Positions 15,470-23,381 of a stretch of 43,496 bases of DNA are shown here, one piece after another. How positions within the stretch are numbered: position 1 is the stretch's first letter; each line of letters starts with the position of its first letter. Under the pieces are notes generated by a model, which did no database searches, was not told where the DNA came from, and saw only the letters and a program-made list of their open reading frames with translations. The stretch is taken from contig CAYFHS010000016.1 of NCBI GenBank assembly GCA_964342815.1, forward strand, positions 42,515 to 86,010, given 5' to 3'. The stretch comes from an uncultured archaeon (lineage in GTDB: Archaea > Thermoplasmatota > Penumbrarchaeia > JASLWR01). Made by a program: the position numbers and the translations under genes.

Positions 15470-17230
15470 ATGTGCTTAGAGGATAGCTCTATGTCTCGAG
15501 AACATACGATACGGCGAATAATAAAGGTCTTATCGATCATGATGTTTTACTCCATCATCGTGGGTACTTTCTTTACATATGTTCTTGGGGGAGGCACCTC
15601 ATCTCAACAAGATAGCAAAGAGGCCGAACCACCTTGGAAGATAGATGTAACCCTCTCAGACTATACTCTCGCAAAAAACCAAGAAGTGGTAATTCAGGTT
15701 GAAGTGGTGGATGCTAAGGGTAATCCTGGAAAGTATATTCCGCTGGATATCGAATTATCTTCATCGTCACTACCCATGGATATGAAAGAGATTATTTTCC
15801 TTTACGGCTCAACTCCGGAAACGGATGAGAATGGGAATTACATGGCAATATTCAATGCTCCTTATTTTCACACCCACAAGAACGGTAACTACGCTATCCA
15901 AGTATCCATCGATACGGATGGGGGTTCAACAATAACTGCAAGAAAAGAATTTATCGTTCAGGAAAATATATTGGATTTAATAGGAATTCAAATTGCCGAA
16001 CAGGCAGCACCAGGGATTTGGTACGGTATCGCAATCTACGATTATGATCGCGCGCCTCTCACCTTCAGCATATTACAAAATGGGATCAAACGAACAAAGA
16101 CCTGGTCAGCGGAAAATTGGAATCTTGTAGACGTTAATTATGAGAACAGTAAGGGAAAAGAGGAGAGTGTCGCATCATATGAAATCTATGAGGCAGAGGA
16201 CGAACTCGGTAGACTATGGAGATGTGAGGGTAATTCGGAGATTCTTTTAGAGAAATACGGATACCAGACAAATACTACGTTGTATCATTTTTTGATAAGT
16301 GAGATCTACGGAAATAATATAAATGTGACCATATCCGGCTTTATTAATGGCGAATTGACAAACATGTCCTTTGAAATCCCAACAAACCCACTGAGCAGAC
16401 CATATGTTGGTATCACCTATCAATCCGGCCAATGGTCCCAGATACTAGAAGGGGCAAGAGTCCACTCAAAAAAAACGGATTTAAAATTCTATGCGAACGG
16501 TTTTCAAAATAAATCTACTCTCAGTGTTTCCAATGACCGTTTTGGTAGAGTCGAATATGAATTGAGTTCGGATAATTTTGTTGGATTTTATACCTGGAAG
16601 GTGCCGGAAAATGCTCCGGCAGGGCACTATCATGTAACTCTCGAGGGTCTCGATTCCAACGGTACCTTCATTCGCAGGGACTCAAGTTTCTACATTTCGG
16701 AGAAAATCCAGGGAAGACAGGAAAGAGAAGACCATGAACTATTATTGCTCTTGGGAGGCATTTCGATTTTTCTGGTTCTTTCAGTCTACTCCGTCAGCTT
16801 ATACACGCGAATTAAAAGAAGGAAGCTACTTGACCATCTGACGAGGAAACGGATATACGAACTCATCAAGTCAAGACCGGGGATTCATTTTCGGGCTTTG
16901 CTTAAGGACCTGGATCTGAAAACAGGTACTCTAGCCCATCATCTGAACGTTCTGGAGCGCGAAGAATATCTCCGATCCTATCAGGATGGAATGTACCGGC
17001 GTTTTCGTTTATTCGATAAAATGCAACCTTCGAAAATTATGCTGACCAATATTCAGGGACGGATTATTAACACAATAGAAAAAAATCCAGGAGTTTCCCA
17101 AACAAATATATCGAAACTTATCGGTAGCAGTCGAATTGTAGTAAATTACCATGTAAAGATTTTAAACGACGTTGGTATGATATTAATGGAAAAAGAAGGA
17201 CGAGAGAGTCACTGCTATTGTAATTATTAG
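15470..17230 (+). CDS. Membrane-anchored transcriptional regulator: N-terminal TM, extracellular beta-rich domains, TM, cytoplasmic tandem winged-HTH (COG3398-like)
   Basis: C-terminal RKRIYELIKSRPGIHFRALLKDLDLKTGTLAHHLNVLE and QGRIINTIEKNPGVSQTNISKLIGSSRIVVNYHVKIL. The probable start is the ATG at 15491. Confidence 0.85.
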   Translation: MCLEDSSMSREHTIRRIIKVLSIMMFYSIIVGTFFTYVLGGGTSSQQDSKEAEPPWKIDVTLSDYTLAKNQEVVIQVEVVDAKGNPGKYIPLDIELSSSSLPMDMKEIIFLYGSTPETDENGNYMAIFNAPYFHTHKNGNYAIQVSIDTDGGSTITARKEFIVQENILDLIGIQIAEQAAPGIWYGIAIYDYDRAPLTFSILQNGIKRTKTWSAENWNLVDVNYENSKGKEESVASYEIYEAEDELGRLWRCEGNSEILLEKYGYQTNTTLYHFLISEIYGNNINVTISGFINGELTNMSFEIPTNPLSRPYVGITYQSGQWSQILEGARVHSKKTDLKFYANGFQNKSTLSVSNDRFGRVEYELSSDNFVGFYTWKVPENAPAGHYHVTLEGLDSNGTFIRRDSSFYISEKIQGRQEREDHELLLLLGGISIFLVLSVYSVSLYTRIKRRKLLDHLTRKRIYELIKSRPGIHFRALLKDLDLKTGTLAHHLNVLEREEYLRSYQDGMYRRFRLFDKMQPSKIMLTNIQGRIINTIEKNPGVSQTNISKLIGSSRIVVNYHVKILNDVGMILMEKEGRESHCYCNY

Positions 17231-17456
17231 ATGTTTTTTACGATCCCTGTTCATACTTAGATGCACATAATTAGAAAATAATATTTTGTTGTAAAACAAG
17301 CAAATTCAAGGGCAATAAATATTTCTTACATAATATGAAAATCTTTTTTCCTTCAAAGTTACAGCCTTACTCCGACAAATCCCACATAGTAATAAATATT
17401 ATAAAGATAATAGCATCCTCTATTGTATATCGCAATCTTCTGATCGAGGTATATTT

Positions 17457-20400
17457 ATGGCCAGAAAGCTCTGTTTATTTATCGGTTTTATCATACTCAT
17501 CATACCCCTGATGACCATCATCCAAAATACCGACCTGGAACCAGTCACGATTCAAAATACGGATCATCCATCATCCTACCAAGCAGAAGGAACCCGTTCG
17601 AACTTTGCCGAACTTCCCGTCTGGGACGTCAATTTCAAATGGCGGTATCACCGGGTATCCTATGTCAAGCTTGATCCCGACGGTTACCTCAACCTTATAG
17701 ACGAGGCAGATTACCGCGTCAGCGCTATCGAGTACGTTACCTGTCATGACGGATACCAGGCTCTGGCTTACAACGTTACAATCGAGAACGGCATCGTCAA
17801 GGGTGACGGCCTGATGCAGATAGATACCGATGATCCTCCCGACGGGGAACCTGACCTGGATGTTTCCATCACAATAAATGAGGACGATTCATCAATCGCG
17901 GGTTTTCAGTGGTACAGGGTATCTGACCTCGCCATGCTTCAGGATTATCGTGACCTTCATATTGAGGTCGATGCGAGATACGGCATATTCAGTGGAACGG
18001 TGAAGATCGACGCAGAGAACTCCATGCAGGCATCTCCCGGGGAAGAAGATTACGACTTCCCGATATACACATATGACCAGTGGAGCTCGAATTTTTCTTA
18101 TTATAATTCGCTTTATTATAAAATGGACGTCCCGGATTGGCTGGGCAATTTCGGGGTGGAGGACGAGGAGAATTCATCTGAAAGCGACAGCGATGTAACA
18201 GCCGATTACTGGTGCAATTCCACCACTGCGCTGAATCACGATTACGGTTCTTTCAATGACTGTTATCTCGTGGACGCTTCATTTAAAGTGGATGACGGTA
18301 GTGGGCAGCAAATGTGGTATTATCATCCCGATTCCAAGAACTTTGCGAGGTGGAGAATGGAGAACATGAACCTCGGCGGTCTTGTGGTAAAGGAATCCAA
18401 TAACGACCTGATGAAGGACCATACTGAGGTCTGGGACGTATCAACAAGCGGTGTGACCGTAGGACCAGGGGACATGAGAATAATACACCCGGGAAGCCAA
18501 GTTCCGGTAAAATGCGATTTCTCCAGCGCTCAAATTCGGTTCGATGAAGATAATTCGGACCAGATATTTGCAACACAGGAAGTGGATGGAGAATTCATCG
18601 CCAACGTCACCGTACCAACCGTTAACGACAATACAATTGTAGACAGTTCGGTTGTGGAATCGCAGCAAGATGTGGGCTCGCACGGTCTTCTGGTGGAGAC
18701 GGATGGAACTTATATACCGAAGACCATCAGACTGCGGGAAGGGGACCTATCTGTAGAGGAATCGGACATCACCCTGTCGGTACCCGAAATAATGGCTGGA
18801 GAAACCGTCACCATTAGCGCAAAGGTGTTTAACCAAGTGGACACCTTTATGGGACTGGATATCAACGTTGGATTTTACATGGATTTCGGAACTCAGGACG
18901 AAATACTCCTTGGAACAACCACGCTGTTCGGAATGAATAACGGTCCTGGATTTTCACGTATTTTCAACATGGTATGGCGCGAGCCTATCCCCGGAGATCA
19001 TTCTATCACCGTAATTGTGGACAGCGACGACCAAATTGAGGAGAAGGACGAGGAGAACAACAACGTAACCCTCGGCCCATACTATATAAACACAAGACCC
19101 TCTGCGGAGCTAACAGTGAACAGTACAAAGGTACTGACCTATGAGGACATACTATTCGACGCAAGGGGCTCATCCGATCACGAAGGGGACCTCACCAGCT
19201 ACGCTTGGGATTTCGATGACGGTACTCTTAGTAGCGAGCGAACTGTCGTCCACAATTTCACCGATGACGGTATCTATAACGTAACACTCACGGTTGCAGA
19301 TTCGGATGATGTTGAGGACATGGTATGGACCGAGATCGTGGTTGAAAACCGAGATCCGGTCCTGATTTACTTGCTCGATTACGAAGGAAAGGAGGAAGGC
19401 GCCAATATCGGTGCCGGGGACGAGATCACCTTCTCGGCTTCGGGAAGTTACGATAAAGACGGTACCATAAAGACCTTTTACTGGGATTTCGGAGTGACGG
19501 GGGGTGATTCTTGGGACGAAGAGGCGGCGTATACTTACCAGAACAGGGATACATATACGGTCACGCTCACAATTACAGATAATGATAATGCAGAGACCAG
19601 TGCAAGTTTCGACGTTTCCGTAGCGAACAAGGTACCGGTAATAGATCTGAAAGTTGACAAAGTGACAGCCCTGACCCACACCGAGATAAATTTCGACGCC
19701 TCCGGGACCAAGGATCTCGATCCAACGGGACAAATAACATCTTTCGCCTGGGATTTCGGAGACGGAAGCAAGGGGACAGGACCAAAAGTTAGCCACCTGT
19801 TCATTGACGACGGCAGTTACAGTGTGAAGTTGACGGTTACGGATAACGAAGGAGGGACCGTCACCAATAGCATAATAATCGAAGTGACAAATCGACCCCC
19901 TGTTTTGAAATTATCACCTCCCTTTTCCGAGGATTCTAAAAATCAAATATCCCTTAAGAAGGGACTGAACATCGATCTGGCAAAATCCACCGATATTGAC
20001 GGGAGCGCACTAAGTTACTATTATGATCCCGGTGAAGGAGAGGGTACAGGGTGGGTCGGTGAATCTTCTTACAATTATCTATACTCGGCCAAGGGTACTT
20101 TCACCCTCACAGTCAAAGTAAAAGATGACGATGATGTTGTTGTGGAAAAGGATTATCTTATAGATGTAGTGGACAACAATCCCCCCTCATGCAGTATAAT
20201 ATTCTCCCCGATGAAACCGGAAGCAGGCCAGAAGGTCACCATCAAGGCAGTATATGAAGATCCGGAGGGGGACGAGATAATAAAATTCATGTGGAATTTC
20301 GGTGTAGACAGCCCCTTCAATGACCTTTGGCTTCCCAATTCTGAAAAGCAGATGACATACAAGGACCCCGGTACTTACACAGTAACGCTCTACGTTGAGG

Positions 20401-20711
20401 ATTCCACAGGACTAACCAGCCAGGAATATGCTGCAGAAATTACGATATTTGACGTGGGTAAGGGGGGTGGATCTGAGCAGGACAAAGAGGGTGAAAGCGG
20501 CGAACTACCGTGGCTATGGATAGCCGTGGGCGGAGGAGTATTTATCATTGTGGTGGTTTGTGTTCTGTTATTAAAAGGCGGGAAAGAATCGGAGGAAACG
20601 GACGAACCAGAGAAAACGCACGAATATGAGGATATGGACACATTAGTCACTCTGGATGAGGAGGAAGACGGATCCGCTGATGATGAAGATTCATTCGACG
20701 TTGAATGGTAA
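17457..20711 (+). CDS. Surface protein with a CARDB domain, five PKD repeats, C-terminal TM and acidic tail
   Basis: CARDB-like DLSV...VDSDDQIEEKDEENN. PKD signatures WDFDDG, WDFGVTG, WDFGDG, YDPGEG, WNFGVD. TM WLWIAVGGGVFIIVVVCVLLL. Confidence 0.88.
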   Translation: MARKLCLFIGFIILIIPLMTIIQNTDLEPVTIQNTDHPSSYQAEGTRSNFAELPVWDVNFKWRYHRVSYVKLDPDGYLNLIDEADYRVSAIEYVTCHDGYQALAYNVTIENGIVKGDGLMQIDTDDPPDGEPDLDVSITINEDDSSIAGFQWYRVSDLAMLQDYRDLHIEVDARYGIFSGTVKIDAENSMQASPGEEDYDFPIYTYDQWSSNFSYYNSLYYKMDVPDWLGNFGVEDEENSSESDSDVTADYWCNSTTALNHDYGSFNDCYLVDASFKVDDGSGQQMWYYHPDSKNFARWRMENMNLGGLVVKESNNDLMKDHTEVWDVSTSGVTVGPGDMRIIHPGSQVPVKCDFSSAQIRFDEDNSDQIFATQEVDGEFIANVTVPTVNDNTIVDSSVVESQQDVGSHGLLVETDGTYIPKTIRLREGDLSVEESDITLSVPEIMAGETVTISAKVFNQVDTFMGLDINVGFYMDFGTQDEILLGTTTLFGMNNGPGFSRIFNMVWREPIPGDHSITVIVDSDDQIEEKDEENNNVTLGPYYINTRPSAELTVNSTKVLTYEDILFDARGSSDHEGDLTSYAWDFDDGTLSSERTVVHNFTDDGIYNVTLTVADSDDVEDMVWTEIVVENRDPVLIYLLDYEGKEEGANIGAGDEITFSASGSYDKDGTIKTFYWDFGVTGGDSWDEEAAYTYQNRDTYTVTLTITDNDNAETSASFDVSVANKVPVIDLKVDKVTALTHTEINFDASGTKDLDPTGQITSFAWDFGDGSKGTGPKVSHLFIDDGSYSVKLTVTDNEGGTVTNSIIIEVTNRPPVLKLSPPFSEDSKNQISLKKGLNIDLAKSTDIDGSALSYYYDPGEGEGTGWVGESSYNYLYSAKGTFTLTVKVKDDDDVVVEKDYLIDVVDNNPPSCSIIFSPMKPEAGQKVTIKAVYEDPEGDEIIKFMWNFGVDSPFNDLWLPNSEKQMTYKDPGTYTVTLYVEDSTGLTSQEYAAEITIFDVGKGGGSEQDKEGESGELPWLWIAVGGGVFIIVVVCVLLLKGGKESEETDEPEKTHEYEDMDTLVTLDEEEDGSADDEDSFDVEW

Positions 20712-20721
20712 ATTGGAAAAT

Positions 20722-21519
20722 TCAATCCCTATCCGATATCTCCCTGAACCGCTCGGCCAGGCTTTTCCCTTTTCTATCGTCGGGCTTCCATGGAAAACTG
20801 GAAATCAATTTCTTTTGTTCTTCCTTGGATAACGAAATTGGAAAATATTTTTTCATAAATACATATAGAAGGACAAGTGAATACACTAATCCGATTCCCA
20901 CCGAGATCACATCCTGGTGAGATGTGAAATACCAGAAGAATATCAATGTGTTGAAGGGAAGGGAGATCAGGGTGACCCTCGATATGTGCGAGAAGGTCCA
21001 GAACCTACCTATTGACGAATAATAACCATTATATATCCCCATAGCGGCATGATACGCGATGGCCGCAAAAAGGAACAGAAAAAAACTAACCCAGAGATAG
21101 GGATTTTCGATATCAAAGTCAAACTTGTCGTAATATCTAAGGGTCGACATCATGGTATATGCTACCACCATTGAGCCGGTCAGTGAAAAACAGACCCCGT
21201 AAAATGTGGTTTCGGGTTTTGTTCTGAACCTTTCCAGGTTAAGCAGAACTATCTTTAGGAGATTTTCGAATAGGGAAAAGAGGACGGCTACGGCTATAAT
21301 TATAAAGAGTTCCCCGCTTCCTCTGACGTAATCGCCCATAAAAGCCTGGAAAACTCCCACCAGAACTCCCGCAAACAGAGCGAGTCCCAGCATGAAATAG
21401 AGTTTCTTATCCTCCAACTTATAGTATACCAGTTTCAATGATATGTAAATAAAGAACGCCGTTGGAATAATAGCGATCCCAGCCGATAACAAGAGACCAA
21501 ATTGACCCGTTAAATCCAT
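20722..21519 (-). CDS. PrsW-like multi-pass membrane protein with degenerate catalytic motifs
   Basis: About 7 TMs. FENLLK aligns with the EExxK motif, TFYG precedes motif 2, YHAAMG is motif 3, and PFN is a motif 4 remnant. Confidence 0.6.
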   Translation of the reverse strand: MDLTGQFGLLLSAGIAIIPTAFFIYISLKLVYYKLEDKKLYFMLGLALFAGVLVGVFQAFMGDYVRGSGELFIIIAVAVLFSLFENLLKIVLLNLERFRTKPETTFYGVCFSLTGSMVVAYTMMSTLRYYDKFDFDIENPYLWVSFFLFLFAAIAYHAAMGIYNGYYSSIGRFWTFSHISRVTLISLPFNTLIFFWYFTSHQDVISVGIGLVYSLVLLYVFMKKYFPISLSKEEQKKLISSFPWKPDDRKGKSLAERFREISDRD

Positions 21520-21687
21520 CGGTGGTCGTATACAGTTATATATATAACCGTTTATCCATGGAAATTATCTATCGAATCATATAGTTAGGTAAGTCACGGG
21601 TTTAAGGAAGACTGTTTTAACATGTATTAGCTGGAAATTATATAAACCAGCATTAGATTCATCCGTGTGGGTTACGATTGATCGGAG

Positions 21688-22173
21688 ATGATTGCAATGA
21701 AGGAAGTATTATTTGATGAACTGGACGAGATAAAACAGAAATTATTGAATGCGGCCGACGAAGTTAAAGAGAACGCTTACAATCCCTACTCGAAGTTCTT
21801 CGTGGGCGCGGCCATCCTTACCGACCATGGTGAGATAATTACCGGAACTAACGTGGAGAATGTGGCCTACGGTTCCACCATTTGCGCTGAAAGAATGGCC
21901 ATTGGGCGAGCAAATGCTATTGGTAAACGGATATTCCTGTCAATGGCAATAATCGCCAGGGGAGATAACACAGACCAGAAGAATGTGACCGGACCCTGTG
22001 GAGCCTGCAGACAGATGATATTCGAATTCTCTTGTTTATCCGGAAAAGATATCGAGATAATTATGTCCAATACACGAAAAGATAAAATTATAATAAGTAC
22101 TATACGGGAACTGCTTCCCATGGCATTCGGGCCGGAAGGGCTCGGAGTGGTTATAGAAGAATACGAGCAATGA
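21688..22173 (+). CDS. cdd: Cytidine deaminase (homotetrameric type)
   Basis: AYNPYSKFFVGAA, NVENVAYGSTICAER and PCGACRQ zinc motifs. Confidence 0.95.
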   Translation: MIAMKEVLFDELDEIKQKLLNAADEVKENAYNPYSKFFVGAAILTDHGEIITGTNVENVAYGSTICAERMAIGRANAIGKRIFLSMAIIARGDNTDQKNVTGPCGACRQMIFEFSCLSGKDIEIIMSNTRKDKIIISTIRELLPMAFGPEGLGVVIEEYEQ

Positions 22174-22211
22174 TTTTTACCGGAATCATTTAGAAATGAA
22201 GGTGCGGAAAT

Positions 22212-23273
22212 ATGAACATAGTAAAGAAATACACTTTTATTGTGATATGTATCTTGATCACCCAGGCAGTTTTTTTCACTGTTGGCGGGGCGAAAGGGGA
22301 TGGCGAAAGGACCCGCAAAGAGATAAACGTAACGTTTGTGACCAGTCACGGCACAATATCATTGGAACTCTACCCCGACGACGCACCCATTACGGTTGAG
22401 AATTTCATGAAATACTATAATGATAATTTTTATGAAGGACTCATATTCCACCGGGTCATCGAAGATTTCATGATCCAGGGAGGTGGCTTTTACCCGGATC
22501 TTAAACAGAAGACCGCTACTTATTCCGCAATCAAGAACGAGGCCGCCGTTTCCGGTCACAGGAACCTTCGGGGGACAATCGCCATGGCAAGGACAAGCGC
22601 TCCCGACTCCGCCACGTGTCAGTTTTTTATAAACCATGTTGACAATCCATCCCTAGATTGGGATAATCCAACAGGTGATGGATCCGGTTACTGTGTCTTT
22701 GGTAGGGTTACATTGGGACTGGATGTAGTTGACTCAATCGCGGTTGTTGATACCAACACCGAGAACGGGATGGGGGATGTACCGGTGGAAGACATATTAA
22801 TCACTGAGACAGGAGGGGATGGGAACAGCGGTGATGACGACGATGATGAAGATGACGATACGAATGGAGGTAATAGCGGCGGTTACAATCCGGATAAAAA
22901 ACCTTCAAACCCGAGAAATGTGCAAATTGAGGCTGGTGACGGCTACATTGAGATAAGCTGGAGCAAACCACTGGATAATGGGGCACCGCCCATCTACCAA
23001 TACAAAATATATCGTGCTACCAGTTCCGGAAACCTAAGACAATTGGCTATGGTGGACGCAAGCGAAAAATCATACAAGGACAACACTGTGGAGAACGACC
23101 AGATATATTATTATTACGTCATAGCGGTTAATGCTTACGCGGAAAGCGATCCCTCCTTCGAGGTATCCGAAACTCCGCAGAAAGGAGTTGAAAAATCACC
23201 TGGTTTCAAGGTTATCTCATTACTGGGGATCACAGTGATAGTGGCAGTCTGGTCGATTCGGAAGAAAAAGTGA
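22212..23273 (+). CDS. Secreted cyclophilin-type peptidyl-prolyl isomerase with a fibronectin type III domain and PGF-CTERM sorting signal
   Basis: FHRVIEDFMIQGGG, RGTIAMART, QFFINH and YCVFGRV motifs. An acidic/Gly linker, an FnIII domain (PSNPRNV...ISWSKP...YYYYVIAVN) and the C-terminus SPGF-hydrophobic-RKKK. Confidence 0.92.
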   Translation: MNIVKKYTFIVICILITQAVFFTVGGAKGDGERTRKEINVTFVTSHGTISLELYPDDAPITVENFMKYYNDNFYEGLIFHRVIEDFMIQGGGFYPDLKQKTATYSAIKNEAAVSGHRNLRGTIAMARTSAPDSATCQFFINHVDNPSLDWDNPTGDGSGYCVFGRVTLGLDVVDSIAVVDTNTENGMGDVPVEDILITETGGDGNSGDDDDDEDDDTNGGNSGGYNPDKKPSNPRNVQIEAGDGYIEISWSKPLDNGAPPIYQYKIYRATSSGNLRQLAMVDASEKSYKDNTVENDQIYYYYVIAVNAYAESDPSFEVSETPQKGVEKSPGFKVISLLGITVIVAVWSIRKKK

Positions 23274-23335
23274 GTCATTAATTTATCGGATCTCGATTAT
23301 TCAGGGGAGTTATCCCATTAAAAAAGCTATGGATT

Positions 23336-23363
23336 AAAAAAAATGGGGGGATTTTACCCCCCC
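23336..23363 (-). terminator. Hairpin plus oligo-T terminator-like element downstream of the 1988-aa gene
   Basis: G6 (23345-23350), a 6-nt loop and a C-run, followed on the minus strand by 8 T. Confidence 0.55.
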
Positions 23364-23381
23364 CTCACTTCCCGATCACCA

